NCBI GenBank assembly: GCA_038227875.1
Contig: JBBRPR010000037.1
Span: forward strand, 1 to 64,000
Length of the DNA: 64,000 bases
Direction: 5' to 3'
DNA from: Planctomycetota bacterium
Lineage (GTDB): Bacteria; Planctomycetota; SZUA-567; H5-PLA8
The notes below the pieces were generated by a model. That model searched no databases. It saw only the letters and a program-made list of their open reading frames with translations, and was not told the origin of the DNA. Of this stretch, positions 17,190 through 26,862 are shown one piece after another. How positions within the stretch are numbered: position 1 is the first letter of the stretch; every line of letters begins with the position of its first letter. Both the position numbers and the translations under genes were made by a program.

Positions 17190-17708
17190 TTACGGTTTCT
17201 TCGCCTCGGAGAGCAGTTTCTTGACCGTTGCGAGATTCTCGGGCGTCGCAGAGAGGGTTTTCATGACACGCTTTTCTTTCAGCCAGAGAATGAGCGGGAC
17301 GTCGGAAACATTGAGCGGCGACTCGGGCTGTTTCCGTTCGCTGCTCTCAAGGTAAGAATAGGTGAGCGTTGTCTCACCTTTCTCTGCGCCCCGCAAACTC
17401 TGGGAAACTTGAAAGCGCTGACGCACGTTGACCCTTGTAAGTACGTCACCACCCGCCAACCCACCACCTCCCACTCGTCCGTACGAAATTGAACAGGTAT
17501 TTCGATTCACAACCTCCGCCGCTGCAGCCACCGTCGCCACGACGATGGCCTCCGCCGAGGTCATCGCGTCTTCCATCTTAAGATCCGAGCCCGGAACCAC
17601 CTCTGACGCCCTTTTTGGAGTTTCGTCGTCCGAGGCAAATCCCGCGTGGCACAGCAACGACACCGCGATCAGCAGTCCCAGCCAGCGAGAAACTTTTCGC
17701 GATGCCAT
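17190..17708 (-). CDS. secreted hypothetical protein
   Basis: Signal peptide; starts 2 nt after the SRPBCC stop. Confidence 0.65.
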   Translation of the reverse strand: MASRKVSRWLGLLIAVSLLCHAGFASDDETPKRASEVVPGSDLKMEDAMTSAEAIVVATVAAAAEVVNRNTCSISYGRVGGGGLAGGDVLTRVNVRQRFQVSQSLRGAEKGETTLTYSYLESSERKQPESPLNVSDVPLILWLKEKRVMKTLSATPENLATVKKLLSEAKKP

Positions 17709-17710
17709 GC

Positions 17711-18153
17711 TCACTCCCCCAGCACCTTCTCCAACACGCCCAACATTTTCACCCACGACCCCTTGGCGCGGTCAGCAAAATTCTTCCACTTCGGCGCCAT
17801 CTCGTGCGTCAGCGTCAGTTCACATCCGCTGCCCTGCCGCACGATCTCGATGATCACCCGCGAAGTTTCTGGAAGGCTGTCCGCCGTGCCCCACGTGAAA
17901 ACCAGCCGCTTGGGTCGATCCATCTCGAGATACGTACCGACATGGTCGATCGTCTGCTCGCCCCGTTGCACCAAATATGAAAACGTTCCGTTCACGCGCG
18001 GATCGGTCTTGAGATGCAGGATTGTTTCCTCGCGAATGTTGCAGCCGAACATCCACGTGCCCAGCGTCTCCGGTTTCAGCCACGCGTCATAAGCCGCTCC
18101 GCCGACGCCGAAAACCGCTGCGTGACCACCGCCTTGACCGATTCGTCGCTCAT
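17711..18153 (-). pseudogene. SRPBCC/AHSA1-domain protein with a 1-nt frameshift near 18093
   Basis: ATG at 18153 overlaps the ArsR stop. MSDESVKAVVTQRFSASAER continues as YDAWLKPETLGTWMFG only after a frame change. Then DPRVNG, GTYLEMDRPKRLVFTW, LTLTHE. Confidence 0.75.
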
Positions 18154-18533
18154 TTCCCTCTCCTCTTCTTAGTGTGAAGCTGCTGTGATTTCGCCTGATC
18201 TTCGGCCTGAAGCATCGCGTCGAGCGCCTTCAGCCGCGTCTTCCAGAAATCCTGCTGCTGCGCGATCCACTGCGCCGCGCGATCCATCGGCGCCGCGTCG
18301 AACGAAACCCAATGCTCGCGCCAGACCCGCCGCCGCCGGACCATGCCGGCCCGTTCGAGCACCCGAATGTGTTTGGAGACCGCGTTGAGCGACATGTCGA
18401 ACGGCGCCGCGAGTTCCGAGACGCACGCATCCCCGCGCATCAAGCGCCTGACAATCGCCCGCCGCGTAGGATCCGCGAGCGCAATGAGCGTTCGGTCGAG
18501 CTCCGGCGAACCGTCCTTGTCATTCATCTTCAT
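18150..18533 (-). CDS. ArsR/SmtB-family transcriptional regulator
   Basis: ALADPTRRAIV, VSELAAPFDMSLNAVSKHIRVLERAG. Confidence 0.93.
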   Translation of the reverse strand: MKMNDKDGSPELDRTLIALADPTRRAIVRRLMRGDACVSELAAPFDMSLNAVSKHIRVLERAGMVRRRRVWREHWVSFDAAPMDRAAQWIAQQQDFWKTRLKALDAMLQAEDQAKSQQLHTKKRRGK

Positions 18534-18541
18534 GGTTGAAT
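18522..18541. promoter_or_regulatory. candidate ArsR autoregulatory operator over the start codon
   Basis: ATTCA-N10-TGAAT imperfect palindrome. Confidence 0.5.
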
Positions 18542-18678
18542 GATAGGTGATGCGAGAGGTTCGTCAACTTCGGCTGCAACACTTTCTTGAAAATTGCGCT
18601 CGTGTTAGAGTCGGCTGGGGAGTCTGTGTTCGCGCTCGGTATGGAGCACGCGGCGGGATTTAATGAATTGAGGGTCGC

Positions 18679-19053
18679 ATGACAGAATCCGATATCTTCG
18701 ACGAGTACCAACGAATGTGGGACTCCTTTCGGCGCTGCTGTGAGGCAGCAAATTCGCTTAACACGCCGAATCCGGAAGATGACATCTTTATCAAGATGGC
18801 AATCGTCGGATTTTCGCATCACCAGAAAACAGAAAGCTGGGAGCATGATAATTATAGGGTGGCAAAACAATATCTTGATGAGGGCACTTCACTGGGCGAT
18901 TCGGAAACAATGCGAAAATTCAATCTGCTCGCGCTGGGCGCGCTGATGGGTCTGTACGCCTCTGGGAAAATCGATCAACGCGTCTACAGCATCGGATACT
19001 GTTTGTTACCCGGATTTGTTTTGGGCAAAGGTGGCGCCGTCGAAAATCTATAA
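18679..19053 (+). CDS. hypothetical protein (lower GC)
   Basis: GAGG SD, 124-aa ORF. Confidence 0.6.
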   Translation: MTESDIFDEYQRMWDSFRRCCEAANSLNTPNPEDDIFIKMAIVGFSHHQKTESWEHDNYRVAKQYLDEGTSLGDSETMRKFNLLALGALMGLYASGKIDQRVYSIGYCLLPGFVLGKGGAVENL

Positions 19054-19575
19054 GCGTCGTTCCGTCCAACGCAGCACCAACACCACCGCGACAAGTAAAG
19101 CCGCAAAGACCGGCGTCGCCAGAATTCCGAAGCAGACCCAGTTTTGACCTTCATTCAAAAGCAGCACGACGACACACCCCAATAGTGCCATTCCGACGGA
19201 AACGTGCCCGCGCAACCACGGTCGCCTCCGTTCCGCCCACTCGACGGGAATGATCACCAGCGTCAGCAACGAGAGCGCTACGGCGAGATCCCAGCCTGTC
19301 TGCCAGCCGTTGAATTTTCCGAGCCACGTTCCGTCTTTGTCTGTCACCGTGTAGCAGGCGACGATTGGCCATCCAATTCGCCTGGCACCATCGACGACTT
19401 GTATCTCAATGTCGATTTCGGGATCGAGGCTGTCGCCGAATTGACCCAGCACCACGTTGCCATAGACCAACAACGACGCCGTCAACATGATGAGCATCAT
19501 TGAGATCAGGTGAATGCGGAAGAATCTCCGCTTCGTTGAGACTACTTTCCCGCCAATAGTCCGACTTTGTTCCAT
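19048..19575 (-). CDS. membrane protein, RF-x-IHL family
   Basis: RRFFRIHL followed by TM segments; GWP motif. Confidence 0.6.
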   Translation of the reverse strand: MEQSRTIGGKVVSTKRRFFRIHLISMMLIMLTASLLVYGNVVLGQFGDSLDPEIDIEIQVVDGARRIGWPIVACYTVTDKDGTWLGKFNGWQTGWDLAVALSLLTLVIIPVEWAERRRPWLRGHVSVGMALLGCVVVLLLNEGQNWVCFGILATPVFAALLVAVVLVLRWTERRL

Positions 19576-19692
19576 AAGATCGTATCGGCAAAATCAGCAG
19601 TACCAAACCTCCAAATGTGATCAAAACGCACGCGTGCGGCCCGCGACATAAGTATCTCACTCCGCCATCTGTTTACGCCACGCACATTGGTC

Positions 19693-19722
19693 TCTCAGTC
19701 CTCGGCCCTCAGTCCTCCGTTC
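19693..19722. repeat. heptamer array (CCTCAGT)n
   Basis: TCTCAGT CCTCGGC CCTCAGT CCTCCGT. Confidence 0.7.
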
Positions 19723-19759
19723 TGGCCCCTGCCCCTTTCAGTATTCTTCACATTGTCCC

Positions 19760-19786
19760 TAAACACCTCAAAACCCGACCCGATGA
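19760..19786 (+). promoter_or_regulatory. sigma-28 (FliA) promoter of flagellin
   Basis: TAAA-N15-CCCGATGA versus consensus TAAA-N15-GCCGATAA. Confidence 0.75.
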
Positions 19787-19843
19787 GTCATGTGAGGCAG
19801 ATGGGGTTTGGCAGGTTCGAGCGAACAGGCGCCCCGGACGCAA

Positions 19844-19880
19844 CGGCAAGGATGCCGAAGGATCTCCCCCAAGGAGGGAA
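19844..19880 (+). promoter_or_regulatory. CsrA-type binding sites in the flagellin leader
   Basis: GGCAAGGATGCC hairpin with GGA loop, AAGGAT, and CAAGGAGG at the SD. Confidence 0.65.
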
Positions 19881-19886
19881 TGTACC

Positions 19887-20699
19887 ATGGCTGCAATCTA
19901 TACCAACACGAGCGCGCTGACGGTGTACAAGAATTACAACCGTAACCAGATGGCGCTGTCCTCGTCGATGGAAAAGCTGGCGACCGGTTTGAAGATCAAT
20001 CGCGGTTCGGACGACGCGGCAGGTCTGGCCATCAGCGAAAATCTCCGCGGTCAGATCGCGGGCACGAACAAGGCCGTCGACAACATCGCCAACGCCACCA
20101 ATTTCATCAACGTCGCGGACGGATATCTCCAGACCGTTCACGGCATGCTCGGACGCATGGAAGAACTGGGCGTTGAAATGGGCGATGCCACGAAGACCAG
20201 CAGCGACAAGGGTAACATCTCCAGCGAATACAACGCGCTGAAAGGTGAAATCGACAACGTCTTCGCCAACGGCAAGTTCAACGGCCAGGCGATCTTCGGC
20301 ACCGGCACGCAGAACTTCGTGGTCGACGCCAACGGAAACTCGAACGGCGTGTTCTCGCTCGATAGCGCAGCGGTCGCTTCCTTCTCCTCGACGGCCATCA
20401 GCACGATTGCCGCGACGTCGGATGCCACCACGGCTGTCAGCCAGATCCAGTCGGCGATCCAGACCATTTCCGCTCAGCGCGCCGCTCTCGGAGCCAACCA
20501 GAGCCAGTTGAACTTCAAGAGTCAAGGCCTCCAGAACTACTCTGAAAACGTGTCCGCCGCGGAAAGTCGTATCCGGGATGTGGACGTCGCCGCCGAAACG
20601 ACGAACTTCTCCCGACAGCAAATCCTGGTGCAAGCGTCGACTTCAATGCTCGCGCAAGCCAACTCACTGCCCCAGGGCGTGCTGAAGCTCCTCGGTTGA
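19887..20699 (+). CDS. fliC: flagellin (270 aa)
   Basis: IYTNTSAL, EKLATGLKINRGSDDAAGLAISE, AESRIRDVDVA, SMLAQAN..PQGVLKLL. Confidence 0.96.
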   Translation: MAAIYTNTSALTVYKNYNRNQMALSSSMEKLATGLKINRGSDDAAGLAISENLRGQIAGTNKAVDNIANATNFINVADGYLQTVHGMLGRMEELGVEMGDATKTSSDKGNISSEYNALKGEIDNVFANGKFNGQAIFGTGTQNFVVDANGNSNGVFSLDSAAVASFSSTAISTIAATSDATTAVSQIQSAIQTISAQRAALGANQSQLNFKSQGLQNYSENVSAAESRIRDVDVAAETTNFSRQQILVQASTSMLAQANSLPQGVLKLLG

Positions 20700-20720
20700 T
20701 CCCGAAAACTAGCCCGGTCC

Positions 20721-20754
20721 GGGGCCGCAGATCGACTGCGGCCCTGGGCATTTT
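20721..20754 (+). terminator. terminator after flagellin
   Basis: GGGCCGCAG-ATCGA-CTGCGGCCC then ATTTT. Confidence 0.6.
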
Positions 20755-20865
20755 CACCCGCGGCCTGAAGCTTCGAATCGTTTCCAAGAAAGGGCCGCTC
20801 CATGATCGTCGCCACTCAAGCCGGGAATCTCGACCCCGGCTGGCGGGTTAAAAAGGGTTAAGCCC

Positions 20866-21741
20866 ATGACCCCGAATGTGAGCAGTGCCCCGAATGCCAC
20901 GCCGGCAGGTTCCAACTGGAATCTCCCGGCTACGCGCGTTTCAGGCCAGTCCGCGCCGTCCGACCCGTCGTCGGGAAAGTCCGCCGACGCCGCAGCCGCA
21001 TCACAGCCTCAGCCACAGCCACAGGACAGCATCGAAATCGGCAAGACGCCCAATGCCACCACGCTGCCGTCCCTGGCCGTGATCACGCAGCGCATCATCT
21101 CTGAAATTCGCACCGACGCGAAGAACCAGGAGAAGCGGACCAACGAACGCCGCGCGCAGGACGAAAGCGACCGCCGCGACGCCGAGTTGCGTCAGCGTGA
21201 GGAGCAGGCGGTGGAACGTAAACAGATGGCGCAGAAGATCGACGCCGCGCGTTTGGATTCGCGCAAGACTGCCGCGCCGCAGCCCAAGCCCGAGGCGCAA
21301 GCCGCCCAACCCAAGGCCGCGCCTGCTCAAGCACCATCACAGACGCAGTCCACGCACATTCCTCAGGACCCGAGGCCCGGCGACCCGGCCAACCCGTCCA
21401 TCCTGCACGCGCAGGAAATTCAAGAGCAGGGCGCCAAGGCGCTCACCACTCTCAGCGCGCGCACGACGCCGATCCAGCCTCCACAGGATCTGGCCCCCGC
21501 GCCGGAAGTTGCAGTGCCAAAGTCCGCGAGCCCCATCGGTACCATGAACGTCATGAGTACCGCGAGCTCACTGGCGCCCCCGAGTTCCGCCGCGCCGATC
21601 AGCCCGCCGGTGGAAGCGCCGGCCAGAGCGCCGGAATCCAACCCCACGGAGCTCCTCCATACGATCACATCGCAGTTGAGCTCATCGAGTCTTAACGAGA
21701 TGTCGTCAGTGCATTTGCTGAGCGTGAATTTTCAGTCGTAA
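20866..21741 (+). CDS. low-complexity Pro/Ala/Gln-rich protein with a central charged coiled coil
   Basis: 291-aa ORF with host-like codon usage. Confidence 0.65.
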   Translation: MTPNVSSAPNATPAGSNWNLPATRVSGQSAPSDPSSGKSADAAAASQPQPQPQDSIEIGKTPNATTLPSLAVITQRIISEIRTDAKNQEKRTNERRAQDESDRRDAELRQREEQAVERKQMAQKIDAARLDSRKTAAPQPKPEAQAAQPKAAPAQAPSQTQSTHIPQDPRPGDPANPSILHAQEIQEQGAKALTTLSARTTPIQPPQDLAPAPEVAVPKSASPIGTMNVMSTASSLAPPSSAAPISPPVEAPARAPESNPTELLHTITSQLSSSSLNEMSSVHLLSVNFQS

Positions 21742-21753
21742 CGCCGCGCGTAA

Positions 21754-21810
21754 CCTCCCCCCGGCCCCCTTCCCTATTAGTGAAGGGGGCCGGGGGTCAG
21801 GTTATTTTTT
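21754..21810 (+). terminator. intrinsic terminator
   Basis: CCCCCGGCCCCCTTC...GAAGGGGGCCGGGGG then TTATTTTTT. Confidence 0.7.
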
Positions 21811-21849
21811 GCAATCGACAACATCCCCTTTCCCGCCGATGATCGTGGT

Positions 21850-23706
21850 ATGATTGAAAACCTTAAACGCCGTACAGGCATCCGCGTGCGTATCCACGGC
21901 ACGGCGCTGATTTCCAGCATGGACCTGGGTGGCGAGGAATTCACCTGTTCGCTCGACGACATCAGCACCAGCGGGTGCCAGTGCCGTATCGCGTTGGACA
22001 ACGCCAGCGACGCCGACGTCAACGCCTGGAAAAAGATTCTTTCCAGCGGCCGCATCTTCTCGCTCAAATTCGTCCAGCCCAAGGAATTCAACGGGCTTGA
22101 AATTCAGGAAGCGGAGATCCTCTGGGTGCGTGAACGCCCGCCCGCGGCGCTCATTTTTGGCGTCAAGCACCTCGCCGTCACCGCTGAGCAGACGCAGATT
22201 CTTTCCAATACATTGACCAAGCTTTCGTCCAACAAGCTGCGCGTGAAATCGGCCGACGAATCGGGCCAGAATTCAGCCGTGACCGGCACGCCTGACGCAG
22301 CAACGGCGCCCGTCGCGACAGCCACGGCCGTTCCTGTCGCGACGGCGGCACCGGTCCCGACGGCACCTCTTGCGCCAGCAGTGCCGGTCGCAAAAGTAGC
22401 TGCGCCCCACCCCACCAGCGGAGGCAACGGCGGTGGCGCGGCGAAGCCCCTCGGAAAAGCCGCACGCCCCGCGCCACCTCCCGCCGCGGCAGCGGACGAT
22501 GTCGCCAATCGGCAGGAACGCGTGGCCAGCGGCTATCCGGTCACCTTTTACTTCGGCAATACCGCCGGCAAACGGCTGCACAAAACCGCCATGGCCGGGC
22601 GCGTCACCAATTTCAGCGAAGGCGGCTTTCTGATCGAAGGCGACGAGCCGGGCTTCTGCGAGGCCTCGGATCTGCTCAAAAATATTCTGATGCACGCCGC
22701 GATCCGCACGCCCGAATCCGAATTCAACGCCACGCTCACGGTTCTCTCCGTCCGGCCCGCGGACACTCCGGGTCGCCTCTTCTACGGCGTGAAGATTGTC
22801 CAGATGGCGGAAGACGACCTGCTCCGCCTGCGCGCGCTCTACGAACGCGATTCGCGCCCGACCAACAAGTACACCCGCCAGATGCGCGATAAGAATGTGG
22901 CTGAACTGGAACTCGCCAGCCTGCGCGAACACGCCTCGCGCGCCTCCAGTGCGCTCAACGAACTGCAGCGCAGCCTGGAAGCCGCACGCAAGACGCAGGT
23001 CAAAATGCTCCCCGACCGCCCGCCGGTCGTGGAAGGTTACGAACTGGCCGCGCTCTACGAATCCTGCGTGGAACTCAGCGGCGATCTCTATCATTTCCTC
23101 GAAGTGCGGCCCGGCTACACCGGCCTGCTGATCGGCGACGTCGCCGGCCACGGCGTCGAAGCCGCGATGGTCATGGCCGCAACCCTGCGCTGCTTCGCTG
23201 CGCGCTGCAAAGATGTCGCCTCCTCGGCCGCCGTGCTCACGGAAGTCAACAACGACCTGCACAACAACCTGCGCCGCGGCATGTTTGTTAGCGCCTTCTA
23301 CGCGGTCCTCGAACACAAGACCGGGAAACTGACCTACAGCCGCGCCGGCCACAATCCCGCGATGCTCTTTACTCCGTCGGAAGGCATGCGCAGCTTGGAC
23401 TCCAACGGCCTGGCCTTGGGGATCGCCGGCGACGTCAAATTCAGCAGCACGATCGAAGAACGCCAGATCACCCTGCCTCCCGACGCGTTGCTGGCGCTCT
23501 ACACCGACGGCATCCCCGAAGCCGAAAACGCCGACCGCGAACAGTTCGGCATGGACCGACTATGCAGTCTGCTGAAAGACAACGTCACGCTCCCCAGCGC
23601 CACGATCCTCCAGAAAGTGCAGGAGGGCCTCTCGGCCCACACCGTCGGCCAGGCCGTCGCCGACGACCAGACACTGGTGATCCTGAAAACCGCAAAGACC
23701 CGGTAA
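21850..23706 (+). CDS. two PilZ-like domains + coiled coil + SpoIIE/RsbU PP2C phosphatase
   Basis: RRTGIR/DISTSG; RQER/NFSEGG; SGDLY, GDVAGHG, RAGHNP, YTDGIPE, DDQT. Confidence 0.88.
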   Translation: MIENLKRRTGIRVRIHGTALISSMDLGGEEFTCSLDDISTSGCQCRIALDNASDADVNAWKKILSSGRIFSLKFVQPKEFNGLEIQEAEILWVRERPPAALIFGVKHLAVTAEQTQILSNTLTKLSSNKLRVKSADESGQNSAVTGTPDAATAPVATATAVPVATAAPVPTAPLAPAVPVAKVAAPHPTSGGNGGGAAKPLGKAARPAPPPAAAADDVANRQERVASGYPVTFYFGNTAGKRLHKTAMAGRVTNFSEGGFLIEGDEPGFCEASDLLKNILMHAAIRTPESEFNATLTVLSVRPADTPGRLFYGVKIVQMAEDDLLRLRALYERDSRPTNKYTRQMRDKNVAELELASLREHASRASSALNELQRSLEAARKTQVKMLPDRPPVVEGYELAALYESCVELSGDLYHFLEVRPGYTGLLIGDVAGHGVEAAMVMAATLRCFAARCKDVASSAAVLTEVNNDLHNNLRRGMFVSAFYAVLEHKTGKLTYSRAGHNPAMLFTPSEGMRSLDSNGLALGIAGDVKFSSTIEERQITLPPDALLALYTDGIPEAENADREQFGMDRLCSLLKDNVTLPSATILQKVQEGLSAHTVGQAVADDQTLVILKTAKTR

Positions 23707-23750
23707 TTTCGTCATACCGTAAATTTAATTAATATTTACCGAATTCATAT

Positions 23751-23779
23751 TTGACAATCCGCATTTCACGGTATATTGT
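23751..23779 (+). promoter_or_regulatory. sigma-70-type promoter
   Basis: TTGACA-N17-TATTGT with an AT-rich upstream tract. Confidence 0.6.
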
Positions 23780-23897
23780 AAATAGTTGGAACGATCTGGC
23801 TCTCTGACAACCGAATAGCGGCTGGTGGCGCGAGCGTCTGTCGCTCGCGCGAAGTACAACAGCACTGTTGTACGGAAAACATCCGAATACCTGAAAT

Positions 23898-23929
23898 GCG
23901 TAACATTCTGTAACATTTTGTAACATTTA
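23898..23929. repeat. three 10-bp direct repeats with core GTAACATT
   Basis: GCGTAACATT CTGTAACATT TTGTAACATT; inverted copy AATGTTACA near 23973. Confidence 0.75.
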
Positions 23930-24101
23930 CCTATGAGACCCGTGTAGTACTGCACCCCGTGCAAACGACCCAAATGTTACATCGAACGGGGCAATGGCAT
24001 TCCTTACAGGTGCTCTTTTCGTCTGGACCCGCGCCCCGTTCTCTACTAAACCAGCATCCTCTTAATTCACTCTACCGACACTTTTCTGGAGGTTCGATAC
24101 C

Positions 24102-25022
24102 ATGCGGCAGGGAAGCGGTTCGCATTCGTTTGATGTCGAAGAAAACTGGGCCAAGTTGCCGGCCGGCGTCACACTGGGTTACACCCACGGCGTCGTGATC
24201 GATGCCAAGGACAACGTCTACATTCACAACCAGAGCAAAGATTCGGTCATCGCGCTCGACCGCGACGGCAAGTTCCTCAGCTCATGGGGTCCGGAATTCG
24301 CCGGCGGCGCGCACGGCATGTACCTCAGCAAGGAAGACGGCGTCGAGTACCTCTACCTCGCCGATCCCAACCGCCACATCGTCGTCAAGACCACGCTCGA
24401 CGGCAAAACCATCTACACGCTGGAAGTGCCGCCGCTGCCCAACGTCTACAAGACCGCCGACCTCTACAAGCCGACCGACACTGCCGTCGCGCCCAATGGC
24501 GACGTGTATGTCTGCGACGGTTACGGCCAGAGCTGGATTCACGTCTACGATAAGAAGGGCACGTGGATCCGTTCATGGGGCGGCGCCGGCAGCGAACCGG
24601 GCAAGATGAAGTGTCCGCACGGCATCTGGATCGACACCCGCAAGTCGACGCCCCGCGTCTACGTCGCCGACCGCGGCAACAACCGCATCCAGATTTTCTC
24701 GCTGGTCGGAGAACATCTCGGCTTCGTGACCTACGATCTGCGCCTGCCGTGCTGCTTCTATCAATACGGCACTGAGCAGTACATCCCCGACCTGCACAGC
24801 CGCGTCACGATCCTGGACGAACACGACCGCTTGATCACCCACATCGGCGACGTTCCCGGTGCGTGGACCAAGACCGGCTGGCCCAACGTGGCGAAGGAAG
24901 AGCTGAAGCCCGGCCTGTTCAGTTCCCCCCACGCCTGCGCGCTGGATTCCAAGGGCGACCTGTACGTGGTCGAATGGATCGCCGTCGGCCGCATCACCAA
25001 GCTCCGCCGCGTCGCCCACTAA
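24102..25022 (+). CDS. NHL-repeat beta-propeller protein
   Basis: PTDTAVAPNGDVYVCDGYG, CPHGIWID, VADRGNNRIQIF, SPHACALDSKGDLYV. Confidence 0.9.
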   Translation: MRQGSGSHSFDVEENWAKLPAGVTLGYTHGVVIDAKDNVYIHNQSKDSVIALDRDGKFLSSWGPEFAGGAHGMYLSKEDGVEYLYLADPNRHIVVKTTLDGKTIYTLEVPPLPNVYKTADLYKPTDTAVAPNGDVYVCDGYGQSWIHVYDKKGTWIRSWGGAGSEPGKMKCPHGIWIDTRKSTPRVYVADRGNNRIQIFSLVGEHLGFVTYDLRLPCCFYQYGTEQYIPDLHSRVTILDEHDRLITHIGDVPGAWTKTGWPNVAKEELKPGLFSSPHACALDSKGDLYVVEWIAVGRITKLRRVAH

Positions 25023-25050
25023 ACCCTTCGTAGGCGGCAATCAACAGTAC

Positions 25051-25086
25051 GCGCGCGCCAGGAAGTTCTGGCGCGCGTTCTATTTC
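25051..25086 (+). terminator. intrinsic terminator
   Basis: CGCGCGCCAG-loop-CTGGCGCGCG TTCTATTT. Confidence 0.7.
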
Positions 25087-25173
25087 ATGCGCTCGACCCT
25101 CTTCGCACTCGTGCCCAATTTCGCTTTCAAAATTCTGGCGGGATCGCAGCGCCTCGTTCGTTAGCCAATTGCT

Positions 25174-26853
25174 ATGCGAACCACACCTCCTGCGCTATTG
25201 CGCACTTCATTTTACGTTCACTGGGGCGCGCTGGGAACATTGGTAGCGACCGTCGCGTGCGCCTACTACCTGCCCCACGGCGAACAGGCGCTGACCATCG
25301 CGGGATACATGGGCTCCATCACGCTGGTGCTTTTGGGCTGGTCGGCGGTGCTGTCGCTCCGTGCACGGTGGAATGGCGATGCGACACGGTGGTGGCGCGT
25401 CGTCCCAATATTCACGATGCTGGAATTGAATGTGGCGGTGATCGGTGCTTACGCCATGGCTGCCCAGTCCCATCCACGCTGCGAACTGCTCGACGGGATC
25501 ATTGAGAGCGGGCTACCATTGTTCCTCCCGTTTTTCACGATCGTCGGCGGAGTCGCAGTCGCGTGCGGCGCATTGATCGCAAGGCTTGCGCATCGCAAAG
25601 ACGATGAACCCATCTTGGCAGCGCAGGCGCGGAGGTACACCTGGCGAATAGGCTTCGTGATGACGGCTGTACTGCTGCCGATTCCACTGTTTTTGTACTG
25701 CGCATGTCCGCCAGGCTGCAGTCCCGAGTCAGAATCGGGCAATGAATCCGTCTACGTCCGCGGTTGGCGCGCGGCGATAGCCGACGCAATGCCTAACGTT
25801 GTTCGAGACGCGGCAGTGAACTGCGCGCTGTCACTACCAGGCGGCAATGTATGGTCCATGCTTGCAATTCTGAAGCACGGGCGATGCTCGCGCGCAGAGT
25901 TATTTACGCATCTCTACGATCCCGTATACCATAACTGGCATGTCGATAGGACCGATCGAGAGTTTGCTTTCGAGGGTTTGATCCGCGCTTATCCGCGGGA
26001 CGCTTTGGTTCTGGCGCACGCATTCGCTCAAGACAAGGCAGGCATGGCCTGGTCGAGAAGCACAGCCTTACGCTCAGGAGAATGTCTGGCCGAGAATGGA
26101 AGCATTCAGGATATTCAAAATGATCTGGGGTTTGCACGGGAACCCAATTTCATCAGAGGATTACTCAATCAGCTCGCGCGCGACGACCGGCACGAGTTCG
26201 CACCGGACTTGTTCTATTTTGTGGAGCGGTCGTTCATCGACGCCTACATCACAGACTGGTGTCCTGGCACAACCTTGGAGTTTGTCGATCCCGGAGTGAT
26301 TAGCGAAACCCTGGCGGCAGAGTCGAAACTCGGCGAACCCGGCGTATTCATTCCACAATGGAGCCGCCTGCTCTGCGATCCGAAGCGACGGAAATTGCGC
26401 GAGTTTGGTTCGAGATGCCTTGTCGACATCAAACCAGTTCGAACACGTCTGCAAATCGTGATGAACGCCTGGGAGCGCGCCGACGACGAAGGCAAACGGC
26501 TGCTGCTCAGCGAGCGCCTCATGGAGGAGAAATCGAATGTGCTCCACTTGGACGCAGACGATCGTGCAATGGTCGCGACCTGGCTGACATGGCTGATCGC
26601 GCATAGCGCGCACGACGACTGCGTAATCCGGCGCGCCGTGGCGAATCGACTGGCGGAAGTTACAGGCATTTCACTGCACTCCACTCCGCAGCCGTATTCA
26701 TTCCTCCCGGGGGGGAACGAAGAAAAGCGACGCTGGAACGATGCGGACTACCAGACGGAGACGCCGGCAGAATTGCAGAACCGGGCATGGCAAATCGATG
26801 GGGCGAAAGCGCTGATCGCGGAGTTCGCCACGCGGGTGGCGGACCAACGGTGA
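25174..26853 (+). CDS. hypothetical membrane protein (about 5 TM) with a helical, HEAT-like C domain
   Basis: 559-aa ORF, hydrophobic N-terminus, atypical codon usage. Confidence 0.65.
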   Translation: MRTTPPALLRTSFYVHWGALGTLVATVACAYYLPHGEQALTIAGYMGSITLVLLGWSAVLSLRARWNGDATRWWRVVPIFTMLELNVAVIGAYAMAAQSHPRCELLDGIIESGLPLFLPFFTIVGGVAVACGALIARLAHRKDDEPILAAQARRYTWRIGFVMTAVLLPIPLFLYCACPPGCSPESESGNESVYVRGWRAAIADAMPNVVRDAAVNCALSLPGGNVWSMLAILKHGRCSRAELFTHLYDPVYHNWHVDRTDREFAFEGLIRAYPRDALVLAHAFAQDKAGMAWSRSTALRSGECLAENGSIQDIQNDLGFAREPNFIRGLLNQLARDDRHEFAPDLFYFVERSFIDAYITDWCPGTTLEFVDPGVISETLAAESKLGEPGVFIPQWSRLLCDPKRRKLREFGSRCLVDIKPVRTRLQIVMNAWERADDEGKRLLLSERLMEEKSNVLHLDADDRAMVATWLTWLIAHSAHDDCVIRRAVANRLAEVTGISLHSTPQPYSFLPGGNEEKRRWNDADYQTETPAELQNRAWQIDGAKALIAEFATRVADQR

Positions 26854-26862
26854 CCCGAGTAC

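Noticed and set aside
19617..19886. 90-aa N-terminal extension of flagellin
   Set aside because: The region holds the heptamer array, sigma-28 promoter and leader; the strong SD precedes 19887
23707..24000. Replication origin
   Set aside because: No DnaA boxes, and no rep or dnaA gene seen
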